DNA of 56,033 bases, taken from positions 1 through 56,033 of the forward strand of contig JBJFGA010000161.1 of NCBI GenBank assembly GCA_051892275.1, given 5' to 3'. Below, in pieces: positions 20,634-28,935 of this stretch. Within the stretch, counting starts at the first letter, position 1. Every line of letters starts with the position of its first letter. The DNA is from Oscillospiraceae bacterium (GTDB taxonomy: Bacteria; Bacillota; Clostridia; Oscillospirales; Ruminococcaceae). The notes under the pieces are model-generated. The model saw nothing but the letters and a program-made list of their open reading frames with translations, ran no database searches and had not been told where the DNA came from. Position numbers and translations under genes: made by a program.

Positions 20634-23600
20634 CTATATCCGCTTTATCGCCTGCACCGCAACGGTGAGTATCAGCCATACCGCGTTGTAAATAGCTATC
20701 CAGAAGCTGTTGAGCAGGCTGTAATTCCTGAACAGCGCGAAGATGAACACAAGCAGAACGCCAAGTCCAACGCCGAATATCTCCATGATACAGCCCATTT
20801 TGATGCGCTCGTTGAGGCTCTTTGCGCCGTTTATCGCGGAAGCAAGAGAGGAGAATGTGCCGTCGCAGGAAACCGCGGCGCTGCCCTTGCCGGCGTACTT
20901 TGTGTGTTCCTCAAACAGGTCGTGGGACTCCGCCGGGAGTATCTTCACGTCCTCAGCATAGATGTCGAACAGCTCGGACACCACGCCCTCTGTGAGAACT
21001 CCGTCCACCGTTTTGATGATAAGGCTGACGCCGTTTTTGGACAGCCTGCGGACGTGGTTCTTTACCTGCGGGTTAGCGGACAGGTTCACGAAGAACAGCA
21101 TGCATACCTCGCCTGCGATAGCGAGATAAACCACCTCGTCGTTCTTTTTGTTGAGGGCGGATTCCTTCTTTGCGTCCGGTACTGTTATACCGTGTGACTT
21201 CATGTGGTCGCGGCTGCCGAGGAGAACTCTGCGGCTTCCTATCCAGCCTGACACGCCCAGACCGCTTTCATATACGCAGTTGGACACCTTTTTCAGCAGC
21301 GCCGGCTTGTAGTTCAGCATATTGAACAGCGGGTCGGCGAGAATACTGTCGGAGCTTACCGCAAGGCTTGCGGCGTAGATTATCGCTTCGTCAATGGTGA
21401 CGTGCTGTGCGCCGTTTGCGCCGTTCTTGTTGTAGTCCCATATATTGCGGATAGCGACAGAGCCGGCGGGGAACAGCGTTTTAGCTTCCACGAGCACGGA
21501 GTTCACTGCGCTGAAATCCTCTACCGCGCTGTAACCAAGTATCGCAGCCCGGCGCTCGTTGGTCTTGCGGGAAGCGCTCAGCATGGGGAGCATTACGATA
21601 AGCGCACCAGTAAATGAAGCGCCGACGCAGAGCACCGCCGAAAATACAGTAGCCGCAAACGACCACTGGTTCATGACGTTTGAGGTAATGCCGGTTTCTG
21701 CGAAGAAGCCTATCGCGCCGGCTATAACGGACATTGCGAGAATTACCGGGGTGAGTACCCGGGAAATGCGGTCGGAAACGTCCTCGCAGTAGGTGGAGAT
21801 GATGAAGTCGCACAGCATTTCGGTCTTGCGCATGGAGGCGGTCACCGGTATGCTCTGAACTGCGCCGCGGGCGAGCTGCTCTGCGTCCTCGCCGTCGGTG
21901 CATTCAACGTAGTACTTGTCGCTGTCGCCGGAAACGAACCGGAAATTTTTCTTCGCGGCGTTGACGGTGCACAGCTTGGACACGGTGTTGAAGCACAGCG
22001 CCAGCATGGACACGATAAGATACACATAGGAGCGGTTCATGGCAAGGTAGTTTGTTTCCGCCAGATACATTATTATTGAACCAAGAGCGCCGATATGCGC
22101 GAACGCGCACAGCGTGTCGCCGTCCGGCTTCAGCTTCACCAGCCGCGAGAAGCCGTTTGTGATAACGCTGGAGCATGCGCCGAAGCTAAGGATACCGATG
22201 GTAAGATTTGTATACAGGAAGATGTCCGGCTTGATAAGCTCGGAAACGATCGGGATAGAATCGATCTTGAAGAAGTACACCAGAGCCGCAAGGACAGTAG
22301 CAGCGGTCAGAAGCCCGAGAATGACCAGGCGTCCCGCAAGACCCTTTCCAGCCTGTGACAGTCGCTCGGTGATGACGTTCTCGTCGTCGAGGTCGATAAC
22401 TTCTTCCTCTTCGTCCTCGTCGTAATCCTCGTCCTTTTCTTCCTCGGCGCTGTCAACCTCGTCATCAATGTCCGCCAGCATGAAGTTGGCGATACGGCGC
22501 TTCTTGCGTGCCGCGAGTGCTTCTGCTTCGCGGACGGCGGCAACCGGGTCGGTTTTCGGCAGGATAGAGGTATCTATCACCTTGTTATCGTAATCAAGGT
22601 TGAGGGATCGCGGCGGCAATGCCTGCTGCTCCGCCATATCCGTAAGGTTGAGGGTGCGTTCCTCGGCGATGTTTTTCTCCCGCTGCTCTTTGAGCTTCTG
22701 GTTGAGGGAAGCCACCAGCGCGTCGCTGCCGCGGCTTTCCTTTGCTGAAGCGCTGTCGGTCTTCTTCTGTGCGCCTGGGGTGAACAGCACCTCGTCCGCC
22801 TTGCTGGAGTGCTTTTTGCGGGAGGTCACGGGGGAGTATTCCTTGACATGCTCTGTTTCACCGGAGGACATCTTTTTAAGGTCGTTGCCGGACACCGCGA
22901 GAGTATCGCCGATATCCTGCGGCTCGGCGGCGTTTTTCAGCACGTCCGCCGCCTTTTCCCGGGATTCCATCGGGTTGAGGGAGTCCACAAGGTCGTCCGG
23001 GTCCTCCGCCGCCTTGTCTGCGGCGAGAAGCGCACGGTTTATCTCCTCAATGCGCTGGAGCTTTTTGAGCTGCTGGGTTTCAGTGGTAACAAGGTCGCCA
23101 CGGGTGTGGAAGATGATATCATCGTCCGCCGCACCGGAAACCTGCGGTTTGACAAACGGCTGAACATACTCGCTCTCCGGCTGAACCACATTCTGATCCG
23201 GTTGTTCCTCCGGGTCTGCGAACAGCTTCGCTGCTTCTACCGGGGAGGAAAGCTCGGCGGTGAAGCCGGTATGCTCCGGCTCTTCCGGGAGTTCCGGCTG
23301 CTCAGCTTCGGTCTGAGCCGGGGTGAACTGTATCTTTTCAGCCTGTTCCTGTTGTAAGCGCTCCTGTTCGAGCCGCTCCTGTTCAAGGCGCTGCTGGCGC
23401 TCGTTTTCCTTGCGCAGCTTCGCCTGTTCTGCGAGCTGCTGCTTTTTCTCGCGCTCTCTGCGGCGCTGCTCCTCGGCTTCGGCTTTCTTCTGCTTCTGCT
23501 GGGACTTGCGGCGCTCGTTTTCCACAGCGGCGCGGCGTATGCTTTCGGCGCGGCGGAGGTTTTCTTCCTCCTCGGCACGCTCCGCAGCTTCCCGCTCGTC

Positions 23601-23768
23601 ATCGGACATGCGCGTTCTTGCTCCTGACCGCCTGATGGCTTCGTCCAGCTCGCCCCCGCCGATTATCTCGGTGACGCTTTCTGTTCTGGCGGAGCTGTCT
23701 TTTTTTTCGGAGCTGCGCTTTTTATCTATTTCTGCCAGAATATCGTCAATGCTGTATTTATCAGACAT
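20634..23768 (-). CDS. Large membrane protein: charged/disordered N-half plus degenerate P1B-ATPase-like C-half
   Basis: About 8 TM helices; segments colinear with P1B-ATPase P/N domains but no DKTGT or GDGxND motif. Confidence 0.8.
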   Translation of the reverse strand: MSDKYSIDDILAEIDKKRSSEKKDSSARTESVTEIIGGGELDEAIRRSGARTRMSDDEREAAERAEEEENLRRAESIRRAAVENERRKSQQKQKKAEAEEQRRREREKKQQLAEQAKLRKENERQQRLEQERLEQERLQQEQAEKIQFTPAQTEAEQPELPEEPEHTGFTAELSSPVEAAKLFADPEEQPDQNVVQPESEYVQPFVKPQVSGAADDDIIFHTRGDLVTTETQQLKKLQRIEEINRALLAADKAAEDPDDLVDSLNPMESREKAADVLKNAAEPQDIGDTLAVSGNDLKKMSSGETEHVKEYSPVTSRKKHSSKADEVLFTPGAQKKTDSASAKESRGSDALVASLNQKLKEQREKNIAEERTLNLTDMAEQQALPPRSLNLDYDNKVIDTSILPKTDPVAAVREAEALAARKKRRIANFMLADIDDEVDSAEEEKDEDYDEDEEEEVIDLDDENVITERLSQAGKGLAGRLVILGLLTAATVLAALVYFFKIDSIPIVSELIKPDIFLYTNLTIGILSFGACSSVITNGFSRLVKLKPDGDTLCAFAHIGALGSIIMYLAETNYLAMNRSYVYLIVSMLALCFNTVSKLCTVNAAKKNFRFVSGDSDKYYVECTDGEDAEQLARGAVQSIPVTASMRKTEMLCDFIISTYCEDVSDRISRVLTPVILAMSVIAGAIGFFAETGITSNVMNQWSFAATVFSAVLCVGASFTGALIVMLPMLSASRKTNERRAAILGYSAVEDFSAVNSVLVEAKTLFPAGSVAIRNIWDYNKNGANGAQHVTIDEAIIYAASLAVSSDSILADPLFNMLNYKPALLKKVSNCVYESGLGVSGWIGSRRVLLGSRDHMKSHGITVPDAKKESALNKKNDEVVYLAIAGEVCMLFFVNLSANPQVKNHVRRLSKNGVSLIIKTVDGVLTEGVVSELFDIYAEDVKILPAESHDLFEEHTKYAGKGSAAVSCDGTFSSLASAINGAKSLNERIKMGCIMEIFGVGLGVLLVFIFALFRNYSLLNSFWIAIYNAVWLILTVAVQAIKRI

Positions 23769-23786
23769 TTTATCTCTCCTAAAAAT

Positions 23787-24518
23787 TTAACTGCGATGCT
23801 TTACGACCTCATACATAAGTATCCCCGCCGAAACAGAAGCGTTCAGCGAATTCACCTTACCGTTCATGGGCAGCGACAGTATCATGTCGCAGTTCTCACG
23901 GACGAGCCTTCCCAGCCCGAAGCCCTCGCTGCCTATCACCAGCGCCACCGCGCCGGAGAGGTCTGCCTTGTCGTAGGGCGTGCCGTCCGCTTCCATGCCG
24001 TAGACCCAGACACCCTTTTCCTTTAGCCGCTTGATCGTGTCCACGAGGTTAGCCACACGTGCCACCTTCAGCCACGCCGCAGCGCCAGCCGAGGTCTTGA
24101 ACACCGTAGCGTTGAGGGAAGCGCTGCGCCGTTTCGGGGTTATCAGTCCGTCTGCGCCGGCGGCTTCTGCGGTACGGATTATCGCACCGAGGTTGTGGGG
24201 GTCTTCTATTTCGTCCGCGATGATGATGAATGGCGGCTTTCCGCGCTGTTCCGCGTTTGCGAGGATATCCTCCACCGTGGAGTAGGACGCAGCCGCAAGC
24301 TCTGCCGCGGTACCGCCGTGCTTTGGCGTGCCGCATATCGCGGTCAGCCGCTCGTCGCTGACTTCCTTGATGACCACGCCGCGCTGCTTTGCGAGGGCAA
24401 TTATCTTCCCGAGAGACGCGCCCTTCTGGATATAAAGCACATCAAGCTCCCTGCCGGAACTAAGCGTTTCGGTGACGGCATTTCTTCCGTATATGAGATT
24501 GCTTTCCTGATTTTCCAT
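23787..24518 (-). CDS. rlmB: 23S rRNA Gm2251 methyltransferase (TrmH/SPOUT)
   Basis: IYGRNAV, DPHNLGAIIRTA, GSEG.G, SLNASV. Confidence 0.93.
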   Translation of the reverse strand: MENQESNLIYGRNAVTETLSSGRELDVLYIQKGASLGKIIALAKQRGVVIKEVSDERLTAICGTPKHGGTAAELAAASYSTVEDILANAEQRGKPPFIIIADEIEDPHNLGAIIRTAEAAGADGLITPKRRSASLNATVFKTSAGAAAWLKVARVANLVDTIKRLKEKGVWVYGMEADGTPYDKADLSGAVALVIGSEGFGLGRLVRENCDMILSLPMNGKVNSLNASVSAGILMYEVVKHRS

Positions 24519-24659
24519 GTTGATTCCTTTAAATGTTAGTGTAGTATTGGACTTCTGCGCATTGATATACATTGTATATTATAGCACAATTTCCGCTCTA
24601 TTGCAAGGAGAAAACACTTATTTATATGAAATTTTGATGAATTTTCCGGCAGGAACAGT

Positions 24660-24694
24660 AAAAACCCGGGACTGACGTGTGCCAGTCCCGGGGA
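24660..24694 (-). terminator. Terminator after metK
   Basis: cccgggactg-loop-cagtcccggg with a minus-strand T-tract. Confidence 0.75.
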
Positions 24695-24721
24695 ATATAG
24701 TTCAGATTTGGCAAAAACAGC

Positions 24722-25894
24722 TTACTTTACCGCTGCTTTGAGGGCTTCCACCTTGTCGGTGCGCTCCCATACAACGTCCAGATCCTCTCTGCCCATGTGT
24801 CCGTAGGAAGCGAGAGCCTTGTACTGGGGCTTGCGCAGTTCCAGTGTGTCGATTATAGCCGCCGGACGGAAGTCGAACACCTTTGCCACCGCTGTGGAAA
24901 TAACATCGTCCGGGAGCTTGCCTGTGCCGAAGGTATCCACCAGAATGGAAACCGGCTTAGCCACGCCGATAGCGTAAGCTACCTGTATCTCTGCCTTGTC
25001 CGCAAGTCCTGCTGCAACAACGTTCTTTGCGGCATAGCGCGCCATGTACGCTGCGGAACGGTCGACCTTTGTCGGGTCCTTGCCGGAGAAAGCGCCGCCG
25101 CCGTGACGGGAATAACCTCCGTAGGTGTCAACGATTATCTTGCGGCCGGTGAGTCCGCTGTCGCCCATAGGTCCGCCGACAACAAAGCGCCCGGTGGGGT
25201 TGATGTAGTACTTTGTCTGCTCGTCCAGAAGCTCCGCAGGAATGGTGGGCTTTATCACCTTTTCGATGATGTCTGCGCGTATCTGCTCCAGAGCTGCGCT
25301 TGCCTTGTGCTGTGAGGACACTACTACGGTGTCAACTCTTACCGGCTTGCCGTCCTCGTATTCTACGGTGACCTGGGTCTTGCCGTCCGGCAGCAGGTAG
25401 GGGAGAGTTCCGTCCTTGCGTACTGCGGTAAGCTTCTTTGCCAGCTTGTGTGCGAGGCTTATCGGCATGGGCATAAGCTCCGGGGTCTCGGTGCAGGCAT
25501 AGCCGAACATCATACCCTGGTCTCCCGCGCCGGTGTCGCCGGCGTTCTGCTCTCTGCCTTCAAGCGCGTTGTTTACGCCCATAGCGATGTCCGGGGACTG
25601 CTTGTCGATGGTGGTGAAAACTGCACAGCTGTTGGCGTCAAAGCCGAATTCCGAACTGGTGTAGCCGATATCGGTTATCGTCTTGCGGACGATAGCGGGG
25701 ATATCCACCTGCGCGGTGGTGGTGATCTCGCCCATTACCATAACCATACCGGTGGTAGTGAGGGTCTCGCAGGCAACTCTGCCCATCTTGTCCTGTTCAA
25801 GGATAGCGTCGAGGATAGCGTCGGATATGTTGTCGCATATCTTGTCGGGATGCCCCTCGGTAACGCTTTCAGAGGTAAAAAGATACTTGCTCAT
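24722..25894 (-). CDS. metK: Methionine adenosyltransferase
   Basis: [28 protein letters not shown]. Confidence 0.99.
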   Translation of the reverse strand: MSKYLFTSESVTEGHPDKICDNISDAILDAILEQDKMGRVACETLTTTGMVMVMGEITTTAQVDIPAIVRKTITDIGYTSSEFGFDANSCAVFTTIDKQSPDIAMGVNNALEGREQNAGDTGAGDQGMMFGYACTETPELMPMPISLAHKLAKKLTAVRKDGTLPYLLPDGKTQVTVEYEDGKPVRVDTVVVSSQHKASAALEQIRADIIEKVIKPTIPAELLDEQTKYYINPTGRFVVGGPMGDSGLTGRKIIVDTYGGYSRHGGGAFSGKDPTKVDRSAAYMARYAAKNVVAAGLADKAEIQVAYAIGVAKPVSILVDTFGTGKLPDDVISTAVAKVFDFRPAAIIDTLELRKPQYKALASYGHMGREDLDVVWERTDKVEALKAAVK

Positions 25895-25930
25895 TTCTGT
25901 TCCTTTCTCCGTTATGTATGATATTCCTGC

Positions 25931-25960
25931 AAACAAAAAACTCACTCCAAGGAGTGAGCC
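25931..25960 (-). terminator. Riboswitch expression-platform terminator
   Basis: ctcactcc-tt-ggagtgag plus TTTTTTGTTT downstream of the SAM-I aptamer. Confidence 0.8.
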
Positions 25961-25977
25961 GAGTTCTCGAATTCACT

Positions 25978-26149
25978 CCTTATCTTTCGGCAGGAATTAT
26001 GTGTTTCCGCCGCAGGATGTAGCACCTTTTCCCTCCACACCGCCACATTTTGCCGTCAGCGGGTATCAACAGGAGAGGTTGCCGGGCTTCATAGGGACCA
26101 GTCCCCCGCAGTGCAGTGAGCTGCACGCACGAAGCCGCTCTTGATAAGG
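25978..26149 (-). ncRNA. SAM-I (S-box) riboswitch, variant with P2 insertion
   Basis: CCTTATCAAGAG...GGGACTGGTCCC.ATGAAGCCCGGCAACC...AAGGTGCTACATCC...GAAAGATAAGG upstream of metK. Confidence 0.9.
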
Positions 26150-26165
26150 TTTTTTGTCGATAAAC

Positions 26166-26194
26166 AGTATATCATATATTGTTTTGTTTGTCAA
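26166..26194 (-). promoter_or_regulatory. Sigma-A promoter of the metK leader
   Basis: TTGACA-N17-TATACT. Confidence 0.8.
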
Positions 26195-26225
26195 GGGCTT
26201 TACAGCATTTCTTCGCGGACAAAAC

Positions 26226-26258
26226 AAAAAAGCTGCCCAACGAATGAGCAGCTTTTCT
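26226..26258. terminator. Intrinsic terminator
   Basis: aaaaagctgc-loop-gcagcttttt. Confidence 0.7.
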
Positions 26259-26271
26259 GAAATGTACATAA

Positions 26272-26601
26272 TTACTTGATGATCTGGATACCGCCGATAA
26301 CGGGCAGGGGCTTCATCTCGCCCTGAGCCGCGTGAACGATACCGACGATCATCAGCGCGAGGATCGCAAGACCAAGAACTCCGCTGAGCACTCCGCCAAG
26401 GATAGCGCCTATGATCGGGATAAGACCGAGCACCGCATTAATAATGCCGATAGCTATGCTTAGCACTATGTCGGTAATGAACAGTACTAAACCCTGATTT
26501 GCGTGGAAACGGGTGAACTCTGTCTTGCCCGCAACCAGCGGAATGATGAACAGAAACCCGATGTATCCGAGAATACCATACGCCTTATCATTTGAATCCA
26601 T
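26272..26601 (-). CDS. DUF4870-like small membrane protein
   Basis: LGYIGFLFIIPL, FTRFHANQGLVL, GEMKPLPVIG. Confidence 0.85.
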   Translation of the reverse strand: MDSNDKAYGILGYIGFLFIIPLVAGKTEFTRFHANQGLVLFITDIVLSIAIGIINAVLGLIPIIGAILGGVLSGVLGLAILALMIVGIVHAAQGEMKPLPVIGGIQIIK

Positions 26602-26693
26602 GATAAATACCTCCTAACAGAAAGCCGCTGTCCGCTTCGGGAGCGCCACATTCTCCGTCTGCATGTTAATTCTATACAGCGTCTTTAATAAAT

Positions 26694-26722
26694 ATAATAC
26701 AACAAAACCGGATATTTGTCAA
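26694..26722 (-). promoter_or_regulatory. Sigma-A promoter
   Basis: TTGACA-N17-TATTAT. Confidence 0.7.
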
Positions 26723-26748
26723 CACGGATAACGATTTCACAGGAATAA

Positions 26749-28170
26749 TTATACGAAAAATCTAAAAATTTCTCGTTTGTTCTCAAGAATATCGTCAAAT
26801 CTGTCTAAATATTCATACGGGTATTTGTGGTTGGTTATACGCTTTATCCTGCCGGCTTTTCTGTTGACCAGCTTGGTGGAAGCACCCGCGCCTACCGCAA
26901 GAATAGTCTGCCATTCCTCCATGATGTAGGTGTTGTACAGGCTCTCACAGCCCGGCTTTGCGTAGCCGGTGTTTTCCTGGTTGTCCGCGGTGTTCTTCTG
27001 GCGGTAGAGGTAGTAGGGGATATAGCCGCATTCCGCGAGCTTCTGGTGGGCGTAGTCTATCATCTTTTCCGCCAGACCCGAGGCGCTTTCGGTCCTGTCC
27101 CGGAACAGCGAAGCCGCGCGTTTCAGCGACAGACTGTGCACCGTGATGTTTTCCGGCGAAAGCCCGCACACAGCGTCAAGACTTGCCGCGAAGCTGTCGC
27201 AGCTTTCGGTGGGAAGTCCGGCGATAAGGTCCATGTTGATGACCTTGAAGCCTATTTCCCGCGCCATAAGGTACGCCTGAACCGTTTGGGCGCTGTCGTG
27301 CGCTCTGCCTATCACCTTCAGCACCTCGTCGTTCATGGTCTGCGGGTTCACGCTGATACGGTCGGCACCGGCGGATTTTATCGCCGCCAGCTTTTCGGCG
27401 GTGATGGTGTCCGGTCTGCCGGCTTCAACGGTGAACTCACGCACCCTCGACAGGTCGAAATAGTCCAGCGCAGCAAACAGCTGCTTCAGCTGCTCGGCGG
27501 AAAGCACCGTGGGAGTTCCGCCCCCGAAATATATCGTATCCGGAACCAGCCCTAAATGCCGCGCAATGGTGGCAAGCTGCTTCATCTCCTCACGCAGCCG
27601 CCGGAGGTACTCGTCCATGCGCGCCGCCGCCTGGTTTACCGAATGCGACACAAAGCTGCAATAGCTGCACCGGGTCGGGCAGAAGGGTATCGACACATAC
27701 AGGCTGAAAGAGTTCACAGGAATGCTTTCCTCCAGCGGCTTCTGAATCTGCTGTATCTGCCGCGCGAGCCGCAGCTTCCGCCCGCTTACCAGCAGGCTCT
27801 GGAGCGCCTGTGCGTCCGTCGTCTTAGACAGTACCTTTACCGGGCGCACTCCGGTGAGAATGCCCCAGGGCAGGTCGCGCCCGGTGCACTCGCGAAGTGC
27901 CTTGTACAGAAGCACCGACAGTTCCCGCTCCTGCTCATTGTCCGGGGTGTCCGGCGTGAGGGTACGGCTCATGGAGAAGCTTCGCCCGTCGCATACCAGC
28001 TCCACAGAAAGAGTGATACTGCCGCTGTCCGAGGTTTTCTCCGTCAGGCAGAAATCCCCCTGCGCGTCCGCCTTGTCGGTGGAGAGTTTCAGCTCCATTG
28101 GCGGGAAGAAGCTGCGGAACAGCCTTTCTATCTCATATTGATACTTATGGTTACAGAAAATAAGTGTCAT
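26749..28170 (-). CDS. hemZ: HemZ-family radical SAM protein
   Basis: PWGILTGVRP, IPFCPTRCSYCSF (CxxxCxxC), YFGGGTPT, TVEAGRPD, PYYLYRQK. Confidence 0.92.
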   Translation of the reverse strand: MTLIFCNHKYQYEIERLFRSFFPPMELKLSTDKADAQGDFCLTEKTSDSGSITLSVELVCDGRSFSMSRTLTPDTPDNEQERELSVLLYKALRECTGRDLPWGILTGVRPVKVLSKTTDAQALQSLLVSGRKLRLARQIQQIQKPLEESIPVNSFSLYVSIPFCPTRCSYCSFVSHSVNQAAARMDEYLRRLREEMKQLATIARHLGLVPDTIYFGGGTPTVLSAEQLKQLFAALDYFDLSRVREFTVEAGRPDTITAEKLAAIKSAGADRISVNPQTMNDEVLKVIGRAHDSAQTVQAYLMAREIGFKVINMDLIAGLPTESCDSFAASLDAVCGLSPENITVHSLSLKRAASLFRDRTESASGLAEKMIDYAHQKLAECGYIPYYLYRQKNTADNQENTGYAKPGCESLYNTYIMEEWQTILAVGAGASTKLVNRKAGRIKRITNHKYPYEYLDRFDDILENKREIFRFFV

Positions 28171-28173
28171 TTT

Positions 28174-28935
28174 TTATTCCTCTTTTATTACACCGCAAAT
28201 CCTGCCGAAATACTCCGTCACCCGCTCCGGGAAGCGCTCCCGGGGGAATACAGCCATTTCCGCGCTGCCGGAATTCCATGCCATATCCTCCGGCAGTACC
28301 GGGATATCCGACAACCGAAGCAGCGGCATGTCCATCTGGCTGTCCCCGGCGCATATCAAAAGGCTTTCCGGCGCGATACGCGCTTTCAGCCGCATAGCCG
28401 CGCCGCCCTTGTTTATTTCCGCCGGAATTGCGTACAGCTTTGCCCCCACCGCGAAGCAGTTCACCCGCTCTCCGGCGGCTATCCGCAGCCGTTCCAGCGA
28501 CTGTGCCGGGCTGTCCGACTTGGTGAACAGGAACATTCCGTCCACCAGCCTTATCTCAAAGCTGCGGTCAGGGTCGTTTTGCAGCGCCCGGCGGCAGCGG
28601 GAAAGCTCCTGCGAGCATTCATCGGCGATACGCATGGAGTTCTCCGTCCATTCCCGGTCAGGAATGCCGTTCACCAGCAGCGTCCCGCCGTTGTCCACCA
28701 GCGCGTATTCCGGCGAGAAACCCTCCGGGAAGCAAATCCGGCGGTACTGCTCAATGCTGCGGGTGGTCACCGGTATCACCCCGGAAAGCCGGGGCAGAAG
28801 CTCCGCCTGTCGGGCGGTAATGCAGCTTATTTCCTCGCCGTCCTTGTATTCGCAGATGATGTCACCGGGCTGCTTTTTCCTGGCGGAGAATATCAGTGTG
28901 CCGTCAAGGTCGGTGAAAATCAGTTGTTCATACAT
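28174..28935 (-). CDS. HAD-superfamily phosphatase of the Ter-associated type
   Basis: FTDLDGTLIFS, PVTTRS.EQY.RI, NKG, AGDS..D. Confidence 0.85.
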   Translation of the reverse strand: MYEQLIFTDLDGTLIFSARKKQPGDIICEYKDGEEISCITARQAELLPRLSGVIPVTTRSIEQYRRICFPEGFSPEYALVDNGGTLLVNGIPDREWTENSMRIADECSQELSRCRRALQNDPDRSFEIRLVDGMFLFTKSDSPAQSLERLRIAAGERVNCFAVGAKLYAIPAEINKGGAAMRLKARIAPESLLICAGDSQMDMPLLRLSDIPVLPEDMAWNSGSAEMAVFPRERFPERVTEYFGRICGVIKEE

